Positions 9,904 through 20,214 of a DNA stretch of 64,000 bases are shown piece by piece. Where the stretch lies: the NCBI GenBank assembly GCA_002328025.1, contig DCVE01000003.1, positions 17,222-81,221 of the forward strand, in the 5' to 3' direction. The notes under the pieces were generated by a model that had not been told where the DNA came from, made no database searches, and saw only the letters and a program-made list of their open reading frames with translations. This stretch comes from Patescibacteria group bacterium UBA2196. Lineage in GTDB: Bacteria; Patescibacteriota; Patescibacteriia; UBA2196. Position 1 is the first letter of the stretch. Each line of letters begins with the position of its first letter. The position numbers and the translations under genes were made by a program.

Positions 9904-11130
9904 TTATTCATATCTCAAAGCGTCAATCGGATTCAATTTGGCGGCGCGCCGAGCCGGGTAATAACCGAAAATAATGCCAATGGCCGCTGATACGCCGAAG
10001 GCGAGCATAATTGAAAAGCCCGTAACTGAAGTAGTGGTGCCGCCAAATTTCGTAATTAAAAAAGATGCCAGCCAGCCGAAAATAATACCAATGGTGCCAC
10101 CAATAAAAGTTAGAGCTATTGATTCGCCTAAAAATTGGCTACTAATATCCTTGGCTTTGGCGCCCAAAGATTTGCGCAAACCGATTTCGCGAGTTCTTTC
10201 GGTAACAGTGGTCAGCATCATGTTCATAATGCCGATTCCGCCGACTAAAAGCGAAATGCCAGCAATGGCTCCTAAAAGCAAGGTCATTGTGTTGGTAACA
10301 GATGTCATCGCACTGATGGTATCTGCTTGGTTCATAATGCTAAAATCAGCGCTTAGCGGGTCGGCAATTTTGTGTCTGGCCAGCAATAAATTCGTAATTT
10401 GCTCTTGGGCTACTGCCATTAATTTTTCCTCCTTAACCTGAATATTGATATTGCTAACTGAATCACTGCCCGTCAAATATCTTTGCGCCGTGGAAATAGG
10501 AATGTAAATTAAGTCATCACTTGAGCTAAAACCAGTCCCTCCCTTAGCCGCAGTTATGCCAATAACCGTAAATTCCAAATTTTCAATACGAATTTTTTGC
10601 CCAACTGGATCAATGCCTTCACCAAAAAGATCATCGCGAGTTACCGGGCCGAGTACGGCCACTTTAGATGTTTTTGTCACCTGAATATCATTTATATTAC
10701 TGCCTATCTCAACCCCAATACTTTTTATTCGCGCGTAAGATTCCGTAACGCCATAAATACTGGTATTCGTATTGGTGCCTTTGGTTGTTTTAACTTGTTT
10801 TCGGGATGAAACGGTTGGCGCCACTTCTTCAGTATATTCAATTTGCTCGGCAATGGCCTTAGAATCCCCTAAGGTTAAAGTAGTCGCCGAGCCTATTCCG
10901 CCACGCACCATTTGTCCCGCACCTTGTCGCGAACCAGGCATCACCACCAATAAATTCGAGCCCAGAGACTCGATATTGGCTACAATATCGCTAGCGGCGC
11001 CTTGGCCGATAGAAATCATGGCAATTACTGAACCAATCCCAATCACAATACCAAGTGTGGTTAAAACTGACCGTGACTTATTGGCGGACAGGGCAAAATA
11101 TGTTTCTTGCAATAAATCTGAAAATAGCAT
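9904..11130 (-). CDS. MacB/FtsX-family ABC transporter permease
   Basis: RSVLTTLGIVIGI, ISLLVGGIGIMNMML..VTERTREIGLRKSLGA, GYYPARRAAKLNPIDALRYE. Confidence 0.95.
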   Translation of the reverse strand: MLFSDLLQETYFALSANKSRSVLTTLGIVIGIGSVIAMISIGQGAASDIVANIESLGSNLLVVMPGSRQGAGQMVRGGIGSATTLTLGDSKAIAEQIEYTEEVAPTVSSRKQVKTTKGTNTNTSIYGVTESYARIKSIGVEIGSNINDIQVTKTSKVAVLGPVTRDDLFGEGIDPVGQKIRIENLEFTVIGITAAKGGTGFSSSDDLIYIPISTAQRYLTGSDSVSNINIQVKEEKLMAVAQEQITNLLLARHKIADPLSADFSIMNQADTISAMTSVTNTMTLLLGAIAGISLLVGGIGIMNMMLTTVTERTREIGLRKSLGAKAKDISSQFLGESIALTFIGGTIGIIFGWLASFLITKFGGTTTSVTGFSIMLAFGVSAAIGIIFGYYPARRAAKLNPIDALRYE

Positions 11131-11134
11131 AAAT

Positions 11135-11842
11135 TTACTTGATTTTTAAACCGTCGTGATTAGAATTTTTATCTGAAATAATCCGGCCATCCTTTATTTC
11201 AATAATCTTGTTAGCATGATCTGCTACATATCTTTCATGAGTAATTAAAATAATGGTGTGTCCTTTTTCTTGGTTTAATTTTTTGAAAGTTTCCAAGACA
11301 ATGTCACCGGTTTTTGAATCAAGGTTTCCAGTTGGCTCATCGGCTAAAATTAAATCTGGTTCATTAACTAATGCCCGAGCAATGGCCACTCTCTGCATTT
11401 GTCCACCAGATAATTGATTTGATAGATGATGCCACCTTTCTTTTTCCAAACCAACTGCATTTAAAGAATTTTCAGCTCGCTCAATCCGTTCGCCCTTATT
11501 CACTTTACTGCCATATAAAAGCGGCATAATTACATTACGCAACACAGTAGCTCGTGATAACAAATTGAAGGATTGAAAAACAAAACCGATTTTCTGCGAA
11601 CGAATTTCTGCCAACTCATCATCAGATAATTCAGAAACATCTTGATTATTAAGAAAATATTTTCCACTGCTTGGTTTATCAAGCGCCCCCAGAATATGCA
11701 TTAAGGTTGATTTACCAGAACCGGAAGGACCAATAATTGCCACAAACTCACCTTTCTTAATTTCAAAACAAACGTCTTTTAATACGGTTAGAGAGGTTTC
11801 GCCGGTTTGATAAGTTTTACTTATATTTTCGCACTTAATCAT
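11135..11842 (-). CDS. ABC transporter ATP-binding protein (LolD/MacB-like)
   Basis: GPSGSGKST, LSGGQMQRVAIARAL, ILADEPTGNLD, ITH. Confidence 0.96.
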   Translation of the reverse strand: MIKCENISKTYQTGETSLTVLKDVCFEIKKGEFVAIIGPSGSGKSTLMHILGALDKPSSGKYFLNNQDVSELSDDELAEIRSQKIGFVFQSFNLLSRATVLRNVIMPLLYGSKVNKGERIERAENSLNAVGLEKERWHHLSNQLSGGQMQRVAIARALVNEPDLILADEPTGNLDSKTGDIVLETFKKLNQEKGHTIILITHERYVADHANKIIEIKDGRIISDKNSNHDGLKIK

Positions 11843-11879
11843 AATTTTTATAGCCTATGCAAATCAGTAACGGCTGACA

Positions 11880-13679
11880 CTATCGCATTGTTCTTTGTAT
11901 TTGTCGCATGGGGTCAGATTGCATACCACCCATTGGCACACTACCGCCAGTGCTTGTTTGAATAATACTGTTATTGTTTATGGTCCGGCTTATAACTTTC
12001 TCGCCCTCTTCAAGCCCACTAATGATTTCAATCATAATATCATTACTTGACCCAGTCACCACTGTTTTTCTTTGTGGCTGGCCACTAACTAAAACTTCAA
12101 CATAACTATTCTCTCCGATTCCTTTAACGGCGCTTGATGGAGCAAGTAGAATATTTTGTTTAGATTCAAGTATAATTGAAGTACTAACGGTCATGCCTGG
12201 CTTGATTCGTTCATCGTCAACATCAAAAGCGATCTTGACGCCATAGCTTACTACTCCCTGGTTAATAGTTCCCAAAGTATCAACTTCCACCACCTTGCCG
12301 GTAATTGACAAATTCTCTGCCGCGTCAAACTGCAAAGTGGCTTTTTGATCAACTTTAACCCGGGCTGCGTCAATTTCATTTAAGGTAACTTCCGCTATTT
12401 TTTGCTGAGTGATAATGCTTGCCAAAACAGTGCCCGAAGAAACAGAATCTCCTTTTATAATTTTAGAGTTAACAGCTGTTAGAATGCCGTCAAAGGGCGC
12501 GTAAATAAAATAGTCACTCCATTTTTCCTGCGCGTCCCAAAGCGCTTCTTGTTTTTGGACAACAGTATATTCTTGGGATTTGATATCATTTGGGTCAGTG
12601 CCAATTTTTACTTCTTCTAGCGCCAATTTTTTTTCGGCTAATTTTTCCTCTGCGGCTTGAATAGTGATTTTGGCGTCTTCAATTTTTTTCGGCGTCTCTT
12701 GCACTGTATCATCGATTGTTTCTATAATTCTTTGCAGAGAACTTACATTGGAGTAAGCGGCTGAGACATTGCTTTCAATTTTAGGTTGCATCTTGTCAAT
12801 ATGAGAAACTATATAAAGAGAACTACTATAACTCCTAACTTTAATCGCATCATACATATGACGCGCGCTTTCTAATGTTTGCGTAATGGACTTAGTTGTT
12901 TCAAGGGTTTCTTCAATAAGTTTGTAAATCACATCACGTTCCGCGTTGCTATATATTCCTCTAAAAAAAATAAAATTTTTGTTATATTTATCAAGAGCAT
13001 TATAATAGTCAGCTAAAAGTTTCTCAGTAAATATTGAGTTTTTTCCTAATATTAATTCATAAGCAGAAATATGCGCGTCTGACGCCGTTTCTGTGCCTAA
13101 TACATCTTTTAAATCTGCCATATAATCAGACAATTTAAAAAAAATATCTGAAACAGAACTATAGCCGTCTTCATATGCCTTAACTAAAGTTCTTTCGGTA
13201 TCTATTTCAATTACTTCATAATTTTCTTTTGCCTTGGTTAAATCGCGTTCGGCCTGAGCCACGGCATTTTCAGCTGTAAGCAAAGATTTCGCGTCTGGTC
13301 GGGATAGCAAATCTTCTAATTTTGTTTTAGCTAAATCTAAGGCAATCTGAGCATCGCGAATTGACTTACTGGCGTCACGACTGTCTATTTTGGCCAACAA
13401 ATCGCCCCTTTTAACTTCTTGGTCATTTTTTATATTAAAATAAATCAGATCGCCAGACACTCTGGGTTTAATATCAATTTGATTTTCAGCCGACACTTGG
13501 CCTGTGCCTGAAATTGAAGAAATTAACATTCCTTTCACAATTCCTTCAGTTACGTAACTAACTCCATTCTCTTTAGCATTAATTTTTTGATAACCAAAAT
13601 ATCCACCACTAATTATGATAGCTAAAATAATCAGAGAAATGATTTTATGTACCCGAATCAGGGTAATTATTTTTTTCAT
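11880..13679 (-). CDS. MacA/HlyD-family membrane fusion adaptor with long helical hairpin
   Basis: N-terminal TM, SISGTGQV, lipoyl halves (VKRGDLLAKID; IYAPFDGIL), LNEIDAARVKVDQ, IKPGMT, EIISGLEEGEKV. Confidence 0.9.
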   Translation of the reverse strand: MKKIITLIRVHKIISLIILAIIISGGYFGYQKINAKENGVSYVTEGIVKGMLISSISGTGQVSAENQIDIKPRVSGDLIYFNIKNDQEVKRGDLLAKIDSRDASKSIRDAQIALDLAKTKLEDLLSRPDAKSLLTAENAVAQAERDLTKAKENYEVIEIDTERTLVKAYEDGYSSVSDIFFKLSDYMADLKDVLGTETASDAHISAYELILGKNSIFTEKLLADYYNALDKYNKNFIFFRGIYSNAERDVIYKLIEETLETTKSITQTLESARHMYDAIKVRSYSSSLYIVSHIDKMQPKIESNVSAAYSNVSSLQRIIETIDDTVQETPKKIEDAKITIQAAEEKLAEKKLALEEVKIGTDPNDIKSQEYTVVQKQEALWDAQEKWSDYFIYAPFDGILTAVNSKIIKGDSVSSGTVLASIITQQKIAEVTLNEIDAARVKVDQKATLQFDAAENLSITGKVVEVDTLGTINQGVVSYGVKIAFDVDDERIKPGMTVSTSIILESKQNILLAPSSAVKGIGENSYVEVLVSGQPQRKTVVTGSSNDIMIEIISGLEEGEKVISRTINNNSIIQTSTGGSVPMGGMQSDPMRQIQRTMR

Positions 13680-13773
13680 AACTTTTTACTTGAAAAATTT
13701 TACAAAATTTAAAACCTTCGTTCTGTTGCTCACCAACGAAACAAAGCGCTTCAAACTTCGCTCGCAAAAAATT

Positions 13774-14301
13774 TTATTCTCCAGAATCATGTGACATTTT
13801 AACTGCGGCTTCTTGAATTTTTTGCACAATTTCTGGATTGTCAGAAGTAATTGTCATTTGCACTCCATTTTCTAAATTAACAACCCTACGATTAACTTCA
13901 TCAGAAAAACCCATCAAACCCATGGGACCGAAAGAACATTCTATTTTACCCTTTCGTTGTCCATTTTTTTTAAATTCTTCCATTCTAGCTTTCATCTCTT
14001 CGGTTAGTTCAGGCCTATTAACTCTCATTTCTCCCATTTTAGCTTGTCTTTCTTCTTCGCTCATAATCTTCCACTCTTCCCTTTGAACTCCTCTTTCAGC
14101 TTTGCATTCTTCAATTTTTACCCGCCATTCTTCTGAACCTTTTTCAAGTCCTGTTAAGTCACATTGTTCACCGCCTCTAAAAAAACCGAACATACGCCCT
14201 CCACCAAAAGCATTTGCTTGGAGTGTATTAAAGGCAATTCCGCCAACAATAAATGACGCAACAATTAAGGTGCCTATGACTATTTTTGTTTTAGTAATCA
14301 T
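13774..14301 (-). CDS. Secreted hypothetical protein (Spy/CpxP-like helical, Met/Gly/Glu-rich)
   Basis: Signal-like N-terminus (probable start MITKTK, ...QANA); repeats MSEEERQAKM; C-terminal ENGVQMTITSDNPEIVQKIQ. Confidence 0.6.
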   Translation of the reverse strand: MITKTKIVIGTLIVASFIVGGIAFNTLQANAFGGGRMFGFFRGGEQCDLTGLEKGSEEWRVKIEECKAERGVQREEWKIMSEEERQAKMGEMRVNRPELTEEMKARMEEFKKNGQRKGKIECSFGPMGLMGFSDEVNRRVVNLENGVQMTITSDNPEIVQKIQEAAVKMSHDSGE

Positions 14302-14420
14302 ATTTTTTAAAAAGTTTTTCAACTTTAGTTAATTTTTAATATTAAACTGTTGGTCGACCTTTAAGCGACCAATCGAGCTGATCCGAGAGGATAAATCCGC
14401 TTAATATTGGCCTTTATCAT

Positions 14421-14450
14421 TAATACAACCCTAACTCCAAATTTATTTCA
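14421..14450 (-). promoter_or_regulatory. Putative ECF-sigma promoter 1
   Basis: Minus strand TGAAAT-N17-TGTATTA. Confidence 0.55.
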
Positions 14451-14537
14451 TTTTTATCCCAAAAGGTCAAATAAAGGGCCCGATTAAAAGCCCATAATCC
14501 TCTCGTTCGGCTCATTTTATCCAACCCTTATAAATAT

Positions 14538-14567
14538 TAATACCGGACTATCACCCCTTTTATTTCA
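14538..14567 (-). promoter_or_regulatory. Putative ECF-sigma promoter 2
   Basis: Minus strand TGAAAT-N17-GGTATTA. Confidence 0.55.
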
Positions 14568-14628
14568 TTTTAAAAATTTAAAAACTACTCCATTTTTATG
14601 GAATAGTTTTTTGCAAATTTAACAAACA

Positions 14629-15549
14629 TTATTCAATACATTTATCAAAACACTCTCTGGGATGAATTCTATTCTTAAAACATTCTTTAATACATTCATT
14701 GGTTTGCTCATCAAAATTTAATAAATGCGATGGTAATGGTGGTGTAATAGTTGAATAATTTCTGGAAAAAGAAACAAACTGACGATGTATGCCTCGTCTA
14801 ATCATCGGTGGAAATCCTTTTTCACCTACAACGTGTATTTTTTCTGCCACAAAAACACTATCTTCTTTTTTACCAACAGCAATAATAAATTGGTCTATCG
14901 TAAATGGGTCTTGACAACCAGCTTCACTGAATCTATGCGAGTCAGAATTATCACAATCTAATTCTAATAAACTTACTTTTTCAAAACCACGCGGTGTTTC
15001 TAAAATTAAATAGTTATCATTTATTTCATAAATTTTGCCCGCTATGCCCCTACCTCTCGATTCTATCCCTCTGCCAATAAGTGGTTTGAGAAACATGCCA
15101 GGTACGCGATTTTTAAAAGCCTGTTCCTCTATGCTTTCCGTAACACCGCTGTAAGCTGCTGCACTGCCAACAATTAAAACCAAAGTCAATATACCCAAAG
15201 CAAAATACTTAAACGGTTTTTTATATGACCACTCAGTCTTTGTTATTAAATATCCAGTTGCAAATAAAAGTAAAATCAAGCTAACAACTAACAGATACGG
15301 AAATGATTCTAAAAAAGCCAAAATGCCTGCTTTGCCAAAACTTAAGTATTCTAAGCTGTCAGTAGTTCTCATATAGAATAAAACCAGACTAAAAAACAGG
15401 ATAGACAAAATAACCGTTAAAATAATGCCGCTATTCAATCCTAACTTTTTAGCTAAAAATACATATTTTGAACGCAACTTAACTCTGCCAGATTTAATCT
15501 CTGACATTATTTTGTCTTCTAATCCTTTAGATTTGTTATTATTTTTCAT
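14629..15549 (-). CDS. Putative membrane anti-sigma factor
   Basis: Overlaps the ECF sigma stop; short cytoplasmic N-terminus (LEDKIMSEI), three TM helices and an extracytoplasmic domain. Confidence 0.65.
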   Translation of the reverse strand: MKNNNKSKGLEDKIMSEIKSGRVKLRSKYVFLAKKLGLNSGIILTVILSILFFSLVLFYMRTTDSLEYLSFGKAGILAFLESFPYLLVVSLILLLFATGYLITKTEWSYKKPFKYFALGILTLVLIVGSAAAYSGVTESIEEQAFKNRVPGMFLKPLIGRGIESRGRGIAGKIYEINDNYLILETPRGFEKVSLLELDCDNSDSHRFSEAGCQDPFTIDQFIIAVGKKEDSVFVAEKIHVVGEKGFPPMIRRGIHRQFVSFSRNYSTITPPLPSHLLNFDEQTNECIKECFKNRIHPRECFDKCIE

Positions 15550-16105
15550 AATCTTTTTGTTGACTTATTTTTTCCTTTAGTATTTGTTTAGCTCTAGAAA
15601 TCAAGGTGCCAACTGTATTTTTAGGAATATGCAAAATATCACTAATTTCTTGATAAGACTTTTGTTCAAAATAAAATAGGATTAAAGGTTCACTATACTT
15701 TAAGTTAATATTAGTTAAAAGTTTGTCTACTTTTTCTTTTAATAAATTACCATCAATTTGACAATGCAAATTATTTTTTTCATCAACTATCTTATATTCT
15801 ACCTCTTCTAAAGAAATTTGTCCTCTGGAATTTTTTTTTAAATGATTAACAGCTTCATTATGAGCTATGCGATAAATCCATGATGAAAATTTTTTATTGA
15901 TATTGAAACCATATAAATTTCTATATGATTTAATAAAAACCACCTGAAGCACATCTTCAAGTTTGTCGGGATCATAAATAAATTTTCGCAGATAATGTAA
16001 CAACTTGGTTTGATAACGTTTAATTATTTCACTATACAATTCTTGATCTTTTTCCCTAATTATTTTAACAAGTTGTTCATCGGTCAATTGAGAGGAGGAT
16101 TGCAT
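15539..16105 (-). CDS. ECF RNA polymerase sigma factor (SigW-like)
   Basis: TDEQLV, EDVLQVVFIKSY, FSSWIYRIAHN, SYQEISDIL.IPKNTVGTLISRAK. Confidence 0.93.
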   Translation of the reverse strand: MQSSSQLTDEQLVKIIREKDQELYSEIIKRYQTKLLHYLRKFIYDPDKLEDVLQVVFIKSYRNLYGFNINKKFSSWIYRIAHNEAVNHLKKNSRGQISLEEVEYKIVDEKNNLHCQIDGNLLKEKVDKLLTNINLKYSEPLILFYFEQKSYQEISDILHIPKNTVGTLISRAKQILKEKISQQKDYEK

Positions 16106-16129
16106 ATATTATCAGTTTACCCCTAATAT

Positions 16130-16158
16130 TAATACAATTCAATAAAGAAAAAAATTCA
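16130..16158 (-). promoter_or_regulatory. Putative autoregulatory ECF promoter
   Basis: Minus strand TGAATT-N16-TGTATTA, 25 bp upstream of the sigma ATG. Confidence 0.5.
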
Positions 16159-16159
16159 A

Positions 16160-16194
16160 ACAAAAAATACCTCAAAAATTGAGGTATTTTTTGT
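16160..16194 (-). terminator. Intrinsic terminator downstream of tRNA-Asn
   Basis: ACAAAAAATACCTCAA-AAA-TTGAGGTATTTTTTGT perfect inverted repeat. Confidence 0.8.
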
Positions 16195-16311
16195 AATCTA
16201 CCGCGCATTCCAGTTCAATTCCATTTTCTAGGGAGGAAATAAAAAATCGAACCACCAATCAAATTTGGTTAATATTAGACGCATATTGACCTCTCGAAAC
16301 GCGCACTAGGT

Positions 16312-16386
16312 TGGCTCGGGGAGTGGGGCTCGAACCCACGACCAATTGATTAACAGTCAATTGCTCTACCACTGAGCTATCCCCGA
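16312..16386 (-). tRNA. tRNA-Asn(GTT)
   Basis: Cloverleaf: acceptor TCGGGGA/TCCCCGA, anticodon arm ATTGA-CTGTTAA-TCAAT, T-loop TTCGAGC, G-CCA end. Confidence 0.97.
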
Positions 16387-16402
16387 ATAAATTTTCAAAA
16401 AA

Positions 16403-16431
16403 AGTATAGCAATTTTTATAATATCATGCAA
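16403..16431 (-). promoter_or_regulatory. Sigma70 promoter of tRNA-Asn
   Basis: TTGCAT-N17-TATACT on the minus strand. Confidence 0.65.
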
Positions 16432-16488
16432 ATTTTAAAATTTAGACTAAATTATTATAACCTAACTATCAATTTAAAAAAATGACTT

Positions 16489-17049
16489 CTATTGGGTTGC
16501 AGTTTTATCAATTGAAATTAATTCAACTTCAAAAACTAAAGCACTGTTGGGGGGAATTACGTTTCCAGCCCCTTGTGCACCATAAGCTAAATCTGCCGGA
16601 ATGAACAATTTCCTTTTTTCACCAACCTGCATACCAATAATTCCTTTGTCCCAGCCCTGTATAACTTGACCCACACCAATAACAACCTGAAATGGTTGGC
16701 CACGATCCAAACTTGAATCAAATTTTGTACCATTGGTTAAATTGCCAACATAGTGCACGGTAATGGTATCGCCGGCTTGAACTTTTTGTTCGCCAGTACC
16801 TGGACTAATTATTTGCGCCTGCAGTTCATTGATTTCCTGCGCCGATGAATTGGAAACACTGGCCGGTTTGTTTTGATCGTCATTCATAGGAAGATTATTA
16901 TTTATTGATTCTTTTTTTGTCTCATCTTTTTGTTGCGTGATTAAAACTTTATCCTCAGATCCAATCTTTAAACTAGCTAAATTAAAAATCACATAACCCA
17001 GTAAAAAAAATACAACTATCAATAAAATAATGATAAAAAATGTCTTCAT
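16489..17049 (-). CDS. Membrane-anchored FKBP-type peptidyl-prolyl isomerase
   Basis: VHYVGNL.NGTKFDSS.DRGQPF, VIQGWD.GI.GM.VGEKRKL.IP.LAYG, IPPNSALVFEVEL. Confidence 0.95.
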   Translation of the reverse strand: MKTFFIIILLIVVFFLLGYVIFNLASLKIGSEDKVLITQQKDETKKESINNNLPMNDDQNKPASVSNSSAQEINELQAQIISPGTGEQKVQAGDTITVHYVGNLTNGTKFDSSLDRGQPFQVVIGVGQVIQGWDKGIIGMQVGEKRKLFIPADLAYGAQGAGNVIPPNSALVFEVELISIDKTATQ

Positions 17050-17053
17050 AAAT

Positions 17054-18382
17054 TTAATAATCCAATAATTTTCTCATGCCCTCGCTTTCTTCAATTCTTT
17101 CCAAGGCTTTAGCTTCAATCTGACGAATACGTTCTCTGGTCACGCCAAATTCCAAACCCACTTCTTCCAGTGTATGTGCCACGCCATCTTCCAAACCAAA
17201 ACGCATTTTTAAAATCTTTTGTTCGCGCGGTGTTAGATCGGCAATAATTTCTTGAATATGATCGCGTAAAAGTTCTAGGGATGCGGCTTTGGATGGAGTA
17301 ATGGTTTTTAAATCTTCTAAAAAATCGCCCAGCTTAGAGTCATCATTATCATCGTTGCCCACCGAAGTTTCTAAAGAAACGGTCTCCTGAGAAATTTTAA
17401 TTATATGGCGAATTTTATCAACTTCCTCGCCCATTTCCGCGGCAATTTCTTCAGGTAGTGGTTCACGCCCCAAATCTTGAATCAAGCGCCGTTCAGCCTG
17501 TTGAAATTTATTAATTGTTTCCACCATATGCACTGGAATACGAATGGTGCGTGATTGATCGGCCAAAGCGCGAGTAATAGCCTGCCGAATCCACCAGGTG
17601 GCGTAGGTGGAAAATTTATACCCCTTACGATAATCAAACTTTTCTACCGCCCTAAACAAACCAATATTCCCTTCTTGAATTAAATCTAATAGAGTTAGAC
17701 CGCTACGACCGGCAAATTTTTTGGCAATCGAAACCACCAAACGCAAATTTGACTCGACCAATTTCCGAACTGCCTCTTTATCACCCTTTTCCTTACGTTT
17801 TGCTAGAACCGTTTCTTCGTCGCTTTTTAATAAAGGCACCTTACCAATTTCCCGCAAATACATCTGAATTGAGTCGGCTGAAATATCCGATAAATCCATT
17901 CGCCGTTGATCACTACCACCCAAGCCCATTTGTTGCAAAACATCTTTGCGTTCTTCTTTTTTACCTAAAACACTCAACTCTCTTTCAACAACTTGCACGC
18001 CTTGCCGTTCAAATTTTACTAGCAATGCTTCATAACGATCAACATACTCCTCCAAATCAGGTAAAGTATACAAAACTTCATCTTCAGTCACAAAACCACG
18101 CGAACGACCTTTTTTTAACAAAAGTTTAATTTTTTCCTCGTCGGCCACTGATTTAACCAAGGATTGACTCTTTTCAAGCTTCTTTTTTTTTATAACACTT
18201 TTTTTGGATTTTTTTTTCTTAGAAAAAACTTTCTTCTTAAATTTAAAGCTTGGGGATTTTTTTTTAAAAACCTTCTTCTTGACAATACTTTTTTTTGCAA
18301 CATTTCTTTTGTTTTTCTTAAAAATTTTTTTTGGCGTCACAAGACGTCGTTTAGCTAAATTTTTAATTCTTTTTTTTATCAT
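17054..18382 (-). CDS. rpoD: Primary sigma factor RpoD with Lys-rich N-terminal extension
   Basis: [68 protein letters not shown]. Confidence 0.97.
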   Translation of the reverse strand: MIKKRIKNLAKRRLVTPKKIFKKNKRNVAKKSIVKKKVFKKKSPSFKFKKKVFSKKKKSKKSVIKKKKLEKSQSLVKSVADEEKIKLLLKKGRSRGFVTEDEVLYTLPDLEEYVDRYEALLVKFERQGVQVVERELSVLGKKEERKDVLQQMGLGGSDQRRMDLSDISADSIQMYLREIGKVPLLKSDEETVLAKRKEKGDKEAVRKLVESNLRLVVSIAKKFAGRSGLTLLDLIQEGNIGLFRAVEKFDYRKGYKFSTYATWWIRQAITRALADQSRTIRIPVHMVETINKFQQAERRLIQDLGREPLPEEIAAEMGEEVDKIRHIIKISQETVSLETSVGNDDNDDSKLGDFLEDLKTITPSKAASLELLRDHIQEIIADLTPREQKILKMRFGLEDGVAHTLEEVGLEFGVTRERIRQIEAKALERIEESEGMRKLLDY

Positions 18383-18405
18383 AATAAAACTACCCTAAAA
18401 AAATA

Positions 18406-20184
18406 TTAATTAATTTTAGCAAATTCTATCAACAATTTATTTGCTAATTCCATATTATTATTTTGTTCAGCTACCTTAATCTGTTGCTGCAGGATTGTTC
18501 GTCGCCGCGACAAATCTTGATTTTTTAGATAAAAAGCGGCTGCATCAAATTCATGTGCCACCTCTCGTGGAGTCATTTCAGTAAATTCGGTTTCCGCCAA
18601 CAACACCAGTCCTTCAAAAAAGCTTTCTAGCACCTCATTTTTATTCATTTTCAAATCCGTACGTAAAAATTCCAGAGACACACATCTCTCTTTAGTATAG
18701 TAAATTATCAGCTTTTTGTAAAACTCACGTGCCAAGCCCTCAAAATAATTTTCTGATATCTGCGCAATAGCTTGCTCCAAAAGTCGCACATCAAAAAGCA
18801 TCAAAGCCAAAATTCTTTCCATAACCGACAGTTGGCGTGATTGTAAATTTTTTCCAACCGTAACCGCAGTGGTTGGATATTTTAATTTTTGGTTACTATT
18901 TTTTCCAACTTTAAGTTTAGTAATAGCCTGACGTAAAGCCCCTTCATCAACCGTCAATTTTTCAGCTAACTGCTTTAAATAATAATTTTCAGTCAAAGGA
19001 TCAGTTAATCTGGCAATCCACGGCAATAATGCTTTAGCCACTTTTCTTTTTTCTTCCAAAATTGTCACATCCCGATTGCTTAATTCTTTAATAAAAAAAT
19101 ACTCCATAATATCACGCGCACCATCAACGGCTGATAACCAAGCTGATAAATTTTGATGGATCAATTCATCTGGATCTTTAATGCCGGTCGGCAAAATAAT
19201 TACCTTAACATTCAGTTCTTCCTGCCACAATAAACTAATCCCCCGCATACCAGCGATTGCGCCAGCTGCATCAGCATCAAAACAAATGGCCACTGTATCG
19301 CAATAACGTTTGATTGTTTTTATCTGCTCCACGGTTAACGAAGTACCCGAAACAGCCACCACATTTTTTACACCAGCTTCAAAACAAGAGATGGCATCCA
19401 TGTTCCCCTCCACCAAAATCAAAAGATTATTTTTTTTGGTCATTTCTTTGGCCTTATCCAAAGCATATAAAACTTGCGACTTGTTATAGATTAAAGTTTG
19501 CGAACTATTAATGTATTTAGCGCTCTCGGTGGCGCTTATTGCCCGAGCCGTAAAACCAACTATGTTGCCATGATAATCACTAATGGGGAAAATGAGACGG
19601 GCACGAAAACGATCATAATAATTTGGACTGCCACCTGTTTTTTCTACCACCAAACCCGACTGCTTTAATTCATAATCATTAAAACCACGGCTTTTTAAAT
19701 ATTGACTAGTAGCTTGCCAACTGTCTGGAGCATAACCCAGTTTAAACTCTTGAATAGTTTCCATTTTCAATTTCCTTTTCTCCACTAAATATTTTAAAGC
19801 TGTGTTTCCAACTGGCTGACGCAGCTGCTCCATAAAAAATTCAGTTACAATTTTATGCAAATCCAAAAGCCTGGTTTTCAAATTGGTAATTCGCGGATCC
19901 TGCCTGACAATTTCTACCCCAGCTTTGGCGGCTAAAATTTTAAGCGCTTCGGGAAATTCAATATTTTCAATTTTTTCCAAAAAAGAAAACATATCACCAG
20001 ACTCACCGCAGCCAAAACATTTAAAAAACTGCTTTTCGCGTGAGACCATAAAAGACGGTGTTTTTTCATTATGAAATGGACACAAACCCTTAAAATTGGC
20101 CCCAGACTGTCTTAGGGGTACAAATTCACTAATGACATCCACAATGTCAAGCTTGGTTTTTATTTCTTCAGTTTGAGACATCAT
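18406..20184 (-). CDS. dnaG: DNA primase
   Basis: CPFHNEKTPSF..CFGC zinc finger, DRFRARLIFPI, KYINS, TOPRIM VEGNMD..CFDADAAG, KDPDE. Confidence 0.97.
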   Translation of the reverse strand: MMSQTEEIKTKLDIVDVISEFVPLRQSGANFKGLCPFHNEKTPSFMVSREKQFFKCFGCGESGDMFSFLEKIENIEFPEALKILAAKAGVEIVRQDPRITNLKTRLLDLHKIVTEFFMEQLRQPVGNTALKYLVEKRKLKMETIQEFKLGYAPDSWQATSQYLKSRGFNDYELKQSGLVVEKTGGSPNYYDRFRARLIFPISDYHGNIVGFTARAISATESAKYINSSQTLIYNKSQVLYALDKAKEMTKKNNLLILVEGNMDAISCFEAGVKNVVAVSGTSLTVEQIKTIKRYCDTVAICFDADAAGAIAGMRGISLLWQEELNVKVIILPTGIKDPDELIHQNLSAWLSAVDGARDIMEYFFIKELSNRDVTILEEKRKVAKALLPWIARLTDPLTENYYLKQLAEKLTVDEGALRQAITKLKVGKNSNQKLKYPTTAVTVGKNLQSRQLSVMERILALMLFDVRLLEQAIAQISENYFEGLAREFYKKLIIYYTKERCVSLEFLRTDLKMNKNEVLESFFEGLVLLAETEFTEMTPREVAHEFDAAAFYLKNQDLSRRRTILQQQIKVAEQNNNMELANKLLIEFAKIN

Positions 20185-20214
20185 ATAGCATTACTTTAGC
20201 ACTCAAAACTTAAA

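Noticed and set aside
13700-13772. GC-enriched patch between the secreted protein and adaptor genes as ncRNA
   Set aside because: Only a weak stem (TTCGTT...AACGAA) is present and no second copy was found.
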